DNA of 38,092 bases, the filler included, from Dehalococcoidia bacterium (lineage in GTDB: Bacteria > Chloroflexota > Dehalococcoidia > DSTF01 > JACRBR01), in assembly GCA_041494685.1 (NCBI GenBank). It is 11 parts of 11 records of this genome, joined end to end, with 100 filler letters (N's around TTAATTAATTAA, not from the genome) between each part and the next. Parts side by side here need not be neighbours in the genome. Positions count along the whole stretch, not along the records: positions 8,446 to 14,974 come from JBGQBE010000073.1; positions 15,075 to 18,246 come from JBGQBE010000079.1; positions 18,347 to 21,140 come from JBGQBE010000080.1; 8 more parts are not named here. One strand, written 5' to 3'. The position numbers and the translations under genes were made by a program. The first letter of the stretch is position 1. Each line of letters starts with the position of its first letter. Below the pieces are notes generated by a model that saw only the letters and a program-made list of their open reading frames with translations, was not told where the DNA came from and made no database searches. This document shows positions 10,203 through 19,408 of the stretch, one piece after another.

Positions 10203-11018
10203 CTAACGCTCGATCGGCGTGTCGTCGCGGTTGCCCCACTCCTGCCAGGAGCCGTCGTAGTTGCGCACGCTGGGGTAGCCCAGCACGTGCTTCAGCACGA
10301 ACCACGTGTGGACGGCGCGGATGCCGAGCTGGCAGTGCGCGATGATCTCCTTGTCCGGCGTCACACCCTGTGCCTCGTACATCGCGCGCAGCTCCTCCGC
10401 GGGCTTCAGCACGTTGTCGCCGGCCGCGGCGGCGATCCAGGTCACGTGCGACGCGCCGGGGATGTGCCCTCCGTGCTTCGCCCGCACGGAGGTACCGTCG
10501 TACTCCTCCTGGTCGCGGACATCGAGGATGCGTTTGCGCGGGTCCGTGATCGCGTCGCGCACCAGCGCGAGGTCCGCATGGTTCTCCCGGTTCACGGACG
10601 CAGGCACCGGGTAGTCGGTAGCGGCGATCTCCGCGATGTCGGCGGTTAGCGGACGGCCCTCCGCAGCCCAGCGTTCGCGGCCGCCTTCCAGCACGTAGCA
10701 GACGCCCGCGTGGCGATAATAGTCCATCATCCAGAACCCGCGTATCGCGAACGAGCTGTGGCGGTCGCCGTACCAGACTACCGTCATGTCGGGCGTCACA
10801 CCGAGGCGGCTCATGAGCGCCACGTACTGCTCGGGCGTCGGCACCTCGCCGGACGAGTCGTCCCGGCGCCGCAGCATCTCGGCGTGGCAGTCCACCCACA
10901 GAGCGCCCGGGATGTGGGCCGCGTCGTAGGTCTCCTTCGCGATGCTCGACTCGAGGATCCGGACGCCGGGATCGCCGAGGTGTTGTTGCAGCCAGCCCGG
11001 TACGATGTACGCGCTCAC
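10203..11018 (-). CDS. Tandem-domain sulfurtransferase (rhodanese/SseA)
   Basis: YDAAHIPGA, GHIPGA, active site HCQLGIRA, YDGSWQEWG. GTG start overlaps the upstream stop. Confidence 0.93.
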   Translation of the reverse strand: MSAYIVPGWLQQHLGDPGVRILESSIAKETYDAAHIPGALWVDCHAEMLRRRDDSSGEVPTPEQYVALMSRLGVTPDMTVVWYGDRHSSFAIRGFWMMDYYRHAGVCYVLEGGRERWAAEGRPLTADIAEIAATDYPVPASVNRENHADLALVRDAITDPRKRILDVRDQEEYDGTSVRAKHGGHIPGASHVTWIAAAAGDNVLKPAEELRAMYEAQGVTPDKEIIAHCQLGIRAVHTWFVLKHVLGYPSVRNYDGSWQEWGNRDDTPIER

Positions 11019-11485
11019 GGGATCACCTCCGGCGCGTCTTCGCGCCCCGCACGCCGCGCGAGATCCCACATCTCCGCGGACATCGACTCCTCCAGCGTCA
11101 TGAAGACGCCGTCACCCTCCGCCAGCAGCGCGCCGGTGTCGTCGCGCACCTCCGCGCGCAGTTCGATGAGCCGGCTGCGATCCTTGACGATCCACGACTC
11201 GATGCGGAGCGGCCGGTCCAGGTAGATGGGCTTGCGGAAGCGCACGTTGAGCCGCGCCGTCGCGCCCCATTTCGTGGCGTGGTACACGGCCCAGCCCATC
11301 GATTCGTCGATCAGCGTCGAGACAATACCGCCGTGCATGCGGCCCGGGTAGCCTTGCTGGTATGCGCACGGCGTATAGTCGCAGATGGTGCGCTCACCCT
11401 CGCGGCGGAACTCCATGTGGAGGCCGTGCTCGTTCGCGTTCCCGCACGCGTAGCAGAGACGGGGCGGTGGCTGCGGCTCGCTCAC
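11015..11485 (-). CDS. PaaI-family thioesterase (hotdog fold)
   Basis: CYACGNANEHGL, QGYPGRMHGGIVSTLIDESMG, TARLNVRFRKP. GTG start 11485 overlaps the maoC stop. Confidence 0.88.
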   Translation of the reverse strand: MSEPQPPPRLCYACGNANEHGLHMEFRREGERTICDYTPCAYQQGYPGRMHGGIVSTLIDESMGWAVYHATKWGATARLNVRFRKPIYLDRPLRIESWIVKDRSRLIELRAEVRDDTGALLAEGDGVFMTLEESMSAEMWDLARRAGREDAPEVIP

Positions 11486-11865
11486 GCCGGCACCGCCACC
11501 GTCGCGCGGCCTTCGATCAGCACCTCGCCGCTCTGGCTCGCGCACTGCACCGCATACTCCGCCACGCCACCGCTCTCTTTCGAGAGTTCCGCGGAGGCGG
11601 TGACGGTGTCGCCCGGCCGCGTCGGCGCCTTGAATCGCACCTTCAGCTTGCCGGACGTGCTCCACCCCTCGCCGAACGCCGCGTACATCATCTCGCCGAT
11701 CAGGGCGAGCACCAGCATGCCGTGGGCGATCGTGCCGCCGAACGGGGTGCCGCGCGCGAACTCCGGGTCCACGTGGATCGGATTGTGGTCGCCCGACGCG
11801 TCCGCGTAGGCGTGCAGTTGCTCCTGCGAGATCGCGCGCACGACCGGCGTGACGTTGCGGCTCAT
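11482..11865 (-). CDS. MaoC-family dehydratase
   Basis: YADASGDHNPIHVD...IAHGML hydratase-2 motif. Confidence 0.92.
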   Translation of the reverse strand: MSRNVTPVVRAISQEQLHAYADASGDHNPIHVDPEFARGTPFGGTIAHGMLVLALIGEMMYAAFGEGWSTSGKLKVRFKAPTRPGDTVTASAELSKESGGVAEYAVQCASQSGEVLIEGRATVAVPA

Positions 11866-12275
11866 GCCGGCGCTCCCGGCGCCATGATCGTCGTCCGGGC
11901 CCGTACCGCCGCGCCCGCCGCGCTCGCCGCACCGGCGATCTCGAACTCGATGACGCTGATCACGAAGCCCTGCCGCTCCGACCGCTGCGCGATCCGCCCC
12001 GTGAGCGCCAGCGGCTCGCCGGCGCGCAGGGCGGCGCTCTGCTCCACCTCCTGCCCGGTGTGCAGCGAGCCCTCCGGCAACGAGATGACGTCCTGCAACG
12101 CGTTCAGTCCCAGCGCCACCGCCGCAAGCGGCGGCACCGTATCGCCGTAGTCGTTCGCGTCGCCGACGGCGCGCAGGTAGGCGGCCACGCCGTCGCGCGA
12201 AAGCGTGAACGTCGCGGGCTCGAACTCGTGGCCACGGGGCAGCGCCGAGATGCTGGTGCGGGCGGCTGAAGTCAT
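11862..12275 (-). CDS. MaoC-like N-terminal-type hotdog protein (probable non-catalytic partner)
   Basis: YLRAVGD, VPPLA, LHTGQEVE...LRAGE; translationally coupled to maoC. Confidence 0.75.
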   Translation of the reverse strand: MTSAARTSISALPRGHEFEPATFTLSRDGVAAYLRAVGDANDYGDTVPPLAAVALGLNALQDVISLPEGSLHTGQEVEQSAALRAGEPLALTGRIAQRSERQGFVISVIEFEIAGAASAAGAAVRARTTIMAPGAPA

Positions 12276-12398
12276 AGCGCTACACGCTACGGGGCGGGAT
12301 CGGCAAATGTCAATTCGCCTTCGGACGGCTCCGAGCTGGGTAAAGAACAGCGCGCCCGGTGCGGGCGCGCTCTCTATCGTGCCTGTTGTAGTGCGCCG

Positions 12399-12746
12399 TC
12401 AGACGCAGGGCGTGATCATATACGACTCGCCCCACTGCTCAAGCTGCGTCAGCGCCTGGCCCAGCTGCACACCCTTCGCCGTGAGTTCGTACTCCACCCA
12501 TGGCGGCATGACCGCCACGATGTTGCGGCTGACGATGTCGAGCGACTCCAGGTTCTTCAGGCGGTCGCGGAGCGTGCGGGAGTTACAGCCGCCCACGTTG
12601 TGGGCAAGCTCATTGAAGCGGCGCTTGCCGCCCATCAACTCATGCACGATGTGGGGCACCCACTTCTGACCGAGGAGCGCGAGCGTCGCGCGCACCGGGC
12701 AGTACAGATCGTGCTCGTCAAAAACGAGCTTCCGCTCAAGCACCAT
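12399..12746 (-). CDS. HxlR-family winged-helix regulator
   Basis: CPVRATLALLGQKW, RRFNEL, TLRDRLKNLE, PPWVEYELTAKG. Confidence 0.92.
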   Translation of the reverse strand: MVLERKLVFDEHDLYCPVRATLALLGQKWVPHIVHELMGGKRRFNELAHNVGGCNSRTLRDRLKNLESLDIVSRNIVAVMPPWVEYELTAKGVQLGQALTQLEQWGESYMITPCV

Positions 12747-12840
12747 ATCGATCTCATTCTCGCCTATCGGAGGCGCACCTGTAAAGCGTCGCCCCGTTCC
12801 GTCAACGGAGACGGGGCAGGCTGGCGCATCGGCCGGCCCG

Positions 12841-13287
12841 CTAGGCGAGTGCCGCCAGGGCGTTCTTCTGGTCGCGGATCTGGGCGGGGCCGTTGTGCTC
12901 CACGTACGTAATCTTGCCGTCCTTGTCGATGACCACGGTCAGGCGTTCAGCGATGCCGGCGGCCTCGTTCCAGCAGCCGTAGAGCTGCGCGACCTGCCCT
13001 TTCATGTCGGCCAGCAGGCTGTGGGTCAGGCCCTCCTTCTCCTTGAACGCCTTGTGGGTCCAGGCGCTGTCGCGACTGATGCCGAAGATCTGGGCGCCCT
13101 TGCCCTCGAATAGCGAGAAGTCGTCGCGGTAGGCACACATCTCGGTGGTGCAGAACGGCGAGAAGTCGAGCGAGTAGAACACCAGCACGACCGGCTTGCC
13201 GCGCAGGGACGACAGGGTCACTTCCTGGTTGTTCTCGTTTCGCAGGGTGAAATCAGGGGCTTCCTGGCCCACACCAACGCTGGCCAT
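12841..13287 (-). CDS. Peroxiredoxin (AhpE/BCP-like)
   Basis: APDFTL, FYSLDFSPFCTTEMC, GISRDS, AERLTVVIDKDG. Confidence 0.92.
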   Translation of the reverse strand: MASVGVGQEAPDFTLRNENNQEVTLSSLRGKPVVLVFYSLDFSPFCTTEMCAYRDDFSLFEGKGAQIFGISRDSAWTHKAFKEKEGLTHSLLADMKGQVAQLYGCWNEAAGIAERLTVVIDKDGKITYVEHNGPAQIRDQKNALAALA

Positions 13288-13530
13288 AGCGAGAGACTCC
13301 TTGTGTTGCAGCCGGGGTTCGCGAGGATACGCGCTTCGCTTCAGCCTAGCGAAGGCGTCGGCGAAGCACTACCAGGCGCGGCGAACCGCGCCGCCGCGCT
13401 TGACCGCCGACAGGTCAGCCGTGATCCTGTCGCTACGCCGGACGTCCGATCATCGATGCAAGGAGTCCCTCCTGCTCAATCCTGCCATCGAGGCAACGAC
13501 CACATCCCGCACGGGCCGTCGGAAGACGCG

Positions 13531-14061
13531 ATGACGCACGAGTATGGCACCGCGCGCGGCATCGACGCGCAGTCGTTCGGCCAGCCCGGGCAGCGGACGT
13601 TCCGCCTGCGCGTCGTCGGCAGCACCGGCGAGTCCGGTTCCATGTGGCTGGAGAAGGAGCAGCTCCAGGCGTTGAGCATGGCGCTCAAGCAGATGATGTC
13701 CCAGCTGGAGTACAACCAGCAGCCGCCACGCGCGGACGTCGGTGAGTTCCCCGTGGTGGCGGACCACGACTTCCGCGTCGGACGGATGGGCATGGGCTTC
13801 AGCGGGGGCGACCGGACCGTCGTGATCTTCGCATTCGAGATGGGCGCGGACGAGGACGACGATGAGCCGATGCTGCGCGTGCGGCTGACGCAGGAGCAGT
13901 GCGCCTCCCTCGGCGAACAGCTCGACGAGGTCATCGCGGGCGGCCGGCCGACGTGCCCGCTCTGCGACCTGCCGATGGATGCGGGCGGCCACGCCTGCGT
14001 GCGGACGAACGGCCACTCCAAGCAGCCGATCCCGGACGAGCAGACGGACGACGAAGCGTGA
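13531..14061 (+). CDS. DUF3090-family protein
   Basis: GQPGQRTFRL, WLEKEQLQAL, FRVGRMGMG, GRPTCPLC...GHACVRTNGH. Confidence 0.85.
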   Translation: MTHEYGTARGIDAQSFGQPGQRTFRLRVVGSTGESGSMWLEKEQLQALSMALKQMMSQLEYNQQPPRADVGEFPVVADHDFRVGRMGMGFSGGDRTVVIFAFEMGADEDDDEPMLRVRLTQEQCASLGEQLDEVIAGGRPTCPLCDLPMDAGGHACVRTNGHSKQPIPDEQTDDEA

Positions 14062-14974
14062 TCAGGGCCAGCGTGCGCATCGACCCGGCCCGGCGCATCG
14101 GCCCGATCGACCCGAACATCTACGGCCAGTTCATCGAGCATCTCGGGCGCTGCATCTACGGCGGCATCTATGAACCCGGCTCACGGCTCGCCGACGCCCA
14201 CGGCTTCCGCACCGATGTGCTGGAGGCGGTGCGGCGGTTGCGGGTGCCCGTGCTGCGCTGGCCGGGCGGCAATTTCGTCAGCGGCTACCACTGGCAGGAC
14301 GGCATCGGTCCGGCCGATGCGCGTCCCGCGCGCCGCGATACCGCGTGGCGCAAGTTCGAGTCGAACCAGTTCGGCACGGACGAGTTCATCGCCTACTGTC
14401 GCGCCGCCGGTACCGAGCCGTACATCTGCTTCAACATGGGTACCGGGACGATGGACGAGGCGCAGGGGTGGCTGGAGTACTGCAACGGCGCCGGCGAGAC
14501 CGTCTGGTCGCAGCTGCGTATCCGGAACGGCCACGCGGAGCCGTACGGCGTGCGCTACTGGGGCCTGGGAAACGAGGTGTACGGCCCGTGGCAGGTCGGA
14601 TACAAGAGCGCTTCCGCCTACGCCGAGCAGGCGCGCGAGTACGCGAAGTTCACCCGCTGGACCGACCGCGAGGTCCGGCTCGTCGCCTGCGGCGGCGGCG
14701 AACCGGAATGGGACTGGGAGGTCCTGAAGACGGCCGGGCACTTCATCGACTACATCTCCTACCACGACTACTTCCGGCCGGACGCCGCTGGCGACGCGTA
14801 CGAGACGCTGGTGTCACGCGCGTGGACGGGCGGGCGCTACCTGCGCGACCTCTGGGGCCTGATCGAGGCGGCGCGCCACCGCTACGATATCCGGCGCGAG
14901 ATCCGCATCTGCGTCGATGAGTGGAACGTCTTCTACCGCCGCAACGACTTCGCGAAGTACGGCACCCTGCACGA
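14058..14974 (+). CDS. GH51 alpha-L-arabinofuranosidase, 3'-truncated
   Basis: YGQFIEHLGRCIYGG, RWPGGNF, FGTDEF, WGLGNE, DEWN. GTG start overlaps the DUF3090 stop. Confidence 0.93.
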
Positions 14975-15074
14975 NNNNNNNNNNNNNNNNNNNNNNNNNN
15001 NNNNNNNNNNNNNNNNNNTTAATTAATTAANNNNNNNNNNNNNNNNNNNNNNNNNNNNNNNNNNNNNNNNNNNN

Positions 15075-15166
15075 CGACGTTGCGTGAAGTAGTCGATGCG
15101 AACGCCGCCCGTCAGTTCGCGGGCGAATCGCGTTCGAAGGTATTCCTGGTCTCGGAGCGGTATCAT
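15075..15166 (-). CDS. N-terminus of a probable thioredoxin/glutaredoxin-like (PDO-type) protein, truncated
   Basis: My translation MIPLRDQEYLRTRFARELTGGVRIDYFTQR resembles PDO/AhpF-NTD N-termini; not in the ORF track. Confidence 0.5.
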
Positions 15167-15185
15167 GATATGCCCTGGATACGGT

Positions 15186-15806
15186 TCATCCCGCGCTTCG
15201 CCCGCCGTCGCGCTCGCGCTCGAGCGCGACGGACCCGGCCCTTCGCCGGATCACCCACAGTCGCTGGAGCACCGTCAGGTTCGCCAGCACTGCCAGAATC
15301 CACAACGCAATCCGCACCTGGCCGACGACCAGCCCCACGCCGAGCACTATCACCCGTTCCGGGCGCGTGAACAGGCCCTCGCGCAACTGCAGGCCTGCTG
15401 CTTCCGCGCGCGCCCGCAGGTAGCTCACCAGCAGCGAGCCGACGACCGCCGCGAAGGCCAGCATCACCTCTTCGCGCTTGCCCTGGCTGGCGAGACGAAA
15501 CAGCAGCCCGCCGAGCACCGCGGCCTCCGAGAGGCGGTCGCAGAGGGAGTCGAAGACGCCGCCGAACAGTGTCACGCGCCCGCTGGCCCGCGCGACGATG
15601 CCATCCAGCAGGTCGAGAGCAGCCGCCGCCATCATGACGATGCCGCCCGCCAAGAACTCGCCGCGCGCGACGAGCACGGCGGCGACCACGGCGCCCGCCA
15701 GCCCGGCCGTCGTTATCATGTTGGGCGTGACGCCGTTTCGGGCGAGCGTCCGCCCCACCGGGTCGGTCAGCCGCTTCGGCAGTGTGTGCGGCACGAGCGT
15801 GAACAC
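15186..15806 (-). CDS. CDP-alcohol phosphatidyltransferase (PIP synthase/PgsA1-like)
   Basis: TPNMIT, DLLDGIVARASG...FGGVFDSLCDR signature, VSYLRARAE, RPER. Confidence 0.92.
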   Translation of the reverse strand: MFTLVPHTLPKRLTDPVGRTLARNGVTPNMITTAGLAGAVVAAVLVARGEFLAGGIVMMAAAALDLLDGIVARASGRVTLFGGVFDSLCDRLSEAAVLGGLLFRLASQGKREEVMLAFAAVVGSLLVSYLRARAEAAGLQLREGLFTRPERVIVLGVGLVVGQVRIALWILAVLANLTVLQRLWVIRRRAGSVALERERDGGRSAG

Positions 15807-15827
15807 GAAGCCCTCCCTGCTCGGACG

Positions 15828-16973
15828 CTATTCCGCCTCGAGTCCGGCCTTGCTCTCATACTGAAGCTGCTCGTAGTAGGTGAGCACCCTCTGCGATACC
15901 CTATCCCAGCGAAACTGCTCGGCGCGCACACGGCCGTTCTCGCCCATCTCCCGCCGCTTATCGGGGTCGGCCAGCAGATCGAGCAGGGCGTCTGCCAGCG
16001 AGTGTGCATCCTTCGGCATGACGAGAAGCCCCTCGACGCCGTGCGTCACCACGCTGGCATACCCCTCTATGTTGCTCGCCACCAGCGGCCGGCCGGCGGC
16101 CATCGCCTCCAGGAGGACGATGCCCTGGCTCTCGTTGCCGGTCGCCGGCGCGACCACGATGTCCGCAGTGTGATGGTAGCGCGCCAGCTCATCGTAGGTC
16201 ACGTAGCCCACGAACTCGACGTCGGGGAGGCCCGTTTGCGCGACCCAGCGACGGTAGCTGCGCGCGGCCCGTGTCGGTGGCCCGACGATGAGCAGTCGCG
16301 GCTCCGGCATCTCCTTCTTCACCTCGGCGAAGGCCTGCAAGAGGTACTTGACGCCCTTCCGCTTCTCCAGGCGGCCGACGAAGAGGATGTTCGGCCGGCC
16401 GTCGCTGAACCGCGGGAACGGCTCGCGCTCCGCCTCGAAATGCTCCACGTCGACGCCGTTAGGGATGATGTTGTAGTAGCCGGGGAAGTAGTGACTGACG
16501 AGCCGCATCGCGGGCACAGAGACCGCGATCTTGCCGTGCAATCGCCGGAACCAGCGCTTGAGAGCGTGCCGCCCGTACAGGTACCAGCGGTTCCTTCCGC
16601 CTTCCTTCGCGGCATGGAACGTCGCCACGTTGATCGCGTCGGAGAGACGCAGGACCTGCATCGGCAGAAAGGGCGCGAAAGGCTCGTGGACGTGCACTAT
16701 GTCGAAGTTCTCCTCCTGCAGCACCCTCTTTAGCTTCGGGCCTACGCGCAGCGAGAGCGAGACGCGCGCCACCGATCCGCTCGCGGGCAGGCCGACGGCC
16801 CTGCCGATTGGGATCACCCTGTCTTCCGGCTTATGCGAAGACGGCCGCGACGACGGCGCGATGATCCGCACTTCTTGCCCCAGGCGCAGAAAGTTGTCGC
16901 GCAGATGCTCGATGTGGTTGTTGACGCCGCCGGGCACGGCGAAATCATATGGCGAGACAAGGGCGATCTTCAT
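15828..16973 (-). CDS. GT4 glycosyltransferase, PimA-like (phosphatidylinositol alpha-mannosyltransferase)
   Basis: MKIALVSPYDFAVPGGV, HVHEP, IPNGVD, FVGRLEKRKG, ESQGIVLLEAMAAG. Confidence 0.88.
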   Translation of the reverse strand: MKIALVSPYDFAVPGGVNNHIEHLRDNFLRLGQEVRIIAPSSRPSSHKPEDRVIPIGRAVGLPASGSVARVSLSLRVGPKLKRVLQEENFDIVHVHEPFAPFLPMQVLRLSDAINVATFHAAKEGGRNRWYLYGRHALKRWFRRLHGKIAVSVPAMRLVSHYFPGYYNIIPNGVDVEHFEAEREPFPRFSDGRPNILFVGRLEKRKGVKYLLQAFAEVKKEMPEPRLLIVGPPTRAARSYRRWVAQTGLPDVEFVGYVTYDELARYHHTADIVVAPATGNESQGIVLLEAMAAGRPLVASNIEGYASVVTHGVEGLLVMPKDAHSLADALLDLLADPDKRREMGENGRVRAEQFRWDRVSQRVLTYYEQLQYESKAGLEAE

Positions 16974-17722
16974 TGTCTTGGCCGCCTGAGGAAGCTCTTA
17001 ATCGTCGGCCACCAGCCTTCCGCTCTCGGCGTCACGGCGATGCCGCGCCACTGCTGGCGCAGGAACTGGCGATAGCCGATAGTGGCGATGGACGGATAAT
17101 GCCCGTTGACCGCGACGGTCGTCCCCGAGAGCATAGCCCGGCGCAGGTCCTCGGCGCCCTCACCGTCGAAGAGCGTGAAGGCGCTTCCCACCGCCGGCAG
17201 GAAGTGGGCGTCGCTGCCGCCGACCTCCGGCAAATGATAGCGCTCCCCGTTCAGCCGCTGCGCCGTCTTCAGCTTGACCCTGGAGCCGGGTGCGACGTTC
17301 GCGGTCTGGATGCCGTCGAAGTAGATGCCGCTGCCGCGTCGCCGCTGCACGTCGATGATCGTCTTGTGTCCGATGCTGCGCGTCAGCCAGTTCAGCGGGT
17401 GCGGGATGATGCAGAGCCCTCCCTGTCGATGCACCGCCTCCAGCGTCTCCAGCAGCGGTCGCAGGCTCGCTACCGGCTGTTCGAGAAACAGGGCGATGAG
17501 ATGGCCCTGGAGCGTCGTCACCTCTTCGCCGGGTATGACCTCGACGCGGTACTTCCCCTGCGCCCACGCCTCGCGGGCGGCGAACCCGCCCTCGAGGCTA
17601 TCGTGATCGGTGACGGCGACGACTGACAGTTCCGTCTTCTGGTCAGCGTACTCCAGGATCTGAGAGACGCTGGCCATTCCGTCGCCGCAGGCGCTGTGCA
17701 CATGAAGGTCCGCCTTACCCAC
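16970..17722 (-). CDS. PHP-domain phosphoesterase
   Basis: KADLHVHS, AVTDHD, GEEVTT..GHL, IPHP, GGSDAH. GTG 17722 preceded by GGAG. Confidence 0.88.
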   Translation of the reverse strand: MGKADLHVHSACGDGMASVSQILEYADQKTELSVVAVTDHDSLEGGFAAREAWAQGKYRVEVIPGEEVTTLQGHLIALFLEQPVASLRPLLETLEAVHRQGGLCIIPHPLNWLTRSIGHKTIIDVQRRRGSGIYFDGIQTANVAPGSRVKLKTAQRLNGERYHLPEVGGSDAHFLPAVGSAFTLFDGEGAEDLRRAMLSGTTVAVNGHYPSIATIGYRQFLRQQWRGIAVTPRAEGWWPTIKSFLRRPRQ

Positions 17723-17786
17723 AACCACAAACTCCGAATCTAGTAGACGTTGCCGCCATTGTAGCACCCTCGCCGCCGGCCGGTGG

Positions 17787-18246
17787 CTAGTGCGCCTCCG
17801 CCGTCACGCGCTCCCACAGGCGCGAGACCTCTTCCTTGAGCTGCGCGTGCTCCGGCCGGGCCAGGTCGGCGTCGCCGTCCAGCAGGCGCGACGCCTCCGT
17901 GCGTGCCAGCTCGATCAGCGGGACGTCCGATAGCCGCGCCACCTTCAGGTCCGGCAGGCCGCTCTGGCGCGTGCCGAAGAACTCGCCGGGGCCGCGCAAT
18001 CGCAGGTCCGCCTCCGCGAGGGCGAAGCCGTCCTGCGTCCGCTCGACGATTTGCAGGCGTTCGCGGGCGTCGGGCGCCGGGCTGTCCGAGAGGAGGAGGC
18101 AGTAGCTCTGGGCCTGTCCCCGCCCCACCCGGCCCCGGAACTGGTGCAGCTGCGACAGGCCGAAACGGTCGGCGCTCTCCACCAGCACCACCGAGGCATT
18201 GGGCACATCGATTCCCACCTCAACTACCGGCGTTGACACGAGTACA
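17787..18246 (-). CDS. recG: ATP-dependent DNA helicase RecG, C-terminal fragment
   Basis: [53 protein letters not shown]. Confidence 0.96.
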
Positions 18247-18346
18247 NNNNNNNNNNNNNNNNNNNNNNNNNNNNNNNNNNNNNNNNNNNNTTAATTAATT
18301 AANNNNNNNNNNNNNNNNNNNNNNNNNNNNNNNNNNNNNNNNNNNN

Positions 18347-18436
18347 GAGGGTGTGCTCGAAGAAATGCGCCGCTTCTTCGCCGCCGCCCGCGGCGTAGCC
18401 GATGATGCCCTCGAAGCTCAGCAGACCGTCGCCCAT
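18347..18436 (-). CDS. N-terminus of a possible VOC/glyoxalase-family protein, truncated
   Basis: GGAGG RBS, then MGDGLLSFEGIIGYAAGGGEEAAHFFEHTL (resembles the 'AxxFYxxxLG' pattern). Confidence 0.5.
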
Positions 18437-18550
18437 GCATCCTCCCGCCGGCAGCGCCCCAGCGCGTCGCCGCGCCCACGATAGCCCCGCTCTTGCGTTC
18501 GCACCATCGGCGGCGTCTCTTCTCTCGAGATGGTGGTATGATCGCCGCGA

Positions 18551-19279
18551 ATGGCAAAGCTCTCTAGCATGCGCTGGCGCGACTGGTACGGCCGCGGTCG
18601 GTATGTTCCGGAATTGCCCGAAGATTTTCCGCACCATCGAAAGAAGTCGGGACAACGACCACCGGTTGTCCCGCGAAGCTCGCGGCCCGCTGCTGAACGC
18701 CCATGCCTATTCCACGCCTTGCGGAATGGCTCGGTACCTTTCGGTATCAAGGTCTTCAAGTGGTCATCGAATGGGTGGACGAATCCGGTTCGGGTTCGGT
18801 TCTGTGACAAATGCGCGCAAGCCTTTCAACAGAAGGGCGTTCAACATCATAAGACCACCAACATCTGGTGGTTCGCCGCGTCCAGTACTATGGAGCGCGG
18901 GACAGCTACTATGGCCGTACCTGTCAAGGCAGGTTGTTTCTTTCACGCCGGCAAGTCGCAAGCGGCGTCGATCGACATTCGACTGATGGCCTATGCTAGC
19001 GACTCTCTATGCACGAATTGGTTTCGCGTGGGCGTCTGCGGTCGGTGCCACGACGTGATCATGGCCAAGAGAACACTCAAGATGAAGCAGACCCACGTCT
19101 GGTGGCAGACCCGTCTGGGCGAGGCACCACCGTCGAGGGGGCAGCCCGCTTCAGCCAAGGGAGCGCCAATTGGCACCGGAGGGAACCCTCCTGCGCCGGC
19201 TCACAGGAGGTTCGGCACGCCGACCCCAGAACCGGGATATCGGAGGCAGGGGATTCGGCGCGATTTGCCGCGCCGGTAA
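18551..19279 (+). CDS. Orphan protein with two tandem C-x2-H...C-x2-C...WW repeats (putative Zn-binding)
   Basis: Internal repeat: aa52-107 CLFHA...TNPVRVRFCDKC...K...KTTNIWW vs aa129-185 CFFHA...TNWFRVGVCGRC...K...KQTHVWW. Extended -10 TGGTATGAT 8 nt before the ATG. Confidence 0.7.
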   Translation: MAKLSSMRWRDWYGRGRYVPELPEDFPHHRKKSGQRPPVVPRSSRPAAERPCLFHALRNGSVPFGIKVFKWSSNGWTNPVRVRFCDKCAQAFQQKGVQHHKTTNIWWFAASSTMERGTATMAVPVKAGCFFHAGKSQAASIDIRLMAYASDSLCTNWFRVGVCGRCHDVIMAKRTLKMKQTHVWWQTRLGEAPPSRGQPASAKGAPIGTGGNPPAPAHRRFGTPTPEPGYRRQGIRRDLPRR

Positions 19280-19408
19280 TCAAGCAGTTCTGCTCACGGT
19301 GCGACAAATGCGCCGCGGAACATGGCGAAAGGCGCGGACGCTACGGGCGGCTTCCCTGCCGCGGCCCACACATCCCCGCTCCCGCGTTGGCACCATCGGC
19401 GGCAGCGC

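Noticed and set aside
12841..13287. Possible second selenoprotein (peroxiredoxin)
   Set aside because: The peroxidatic residue is an ordinary Cys codon and there is no in-frame TGA.
18600..19300. Many small hairpins (e.g. CGGGACAAC/GTTGTCCCG, GACCACCA/TGGTGGTT) suggesting a large ncRNA
   Set aside because: The protein-level tandem repeat in the 242-aa frame explains the region better, and I recognise no RNase P, tmRNA or intron motifs. Not fully excluded without covariation analysis.
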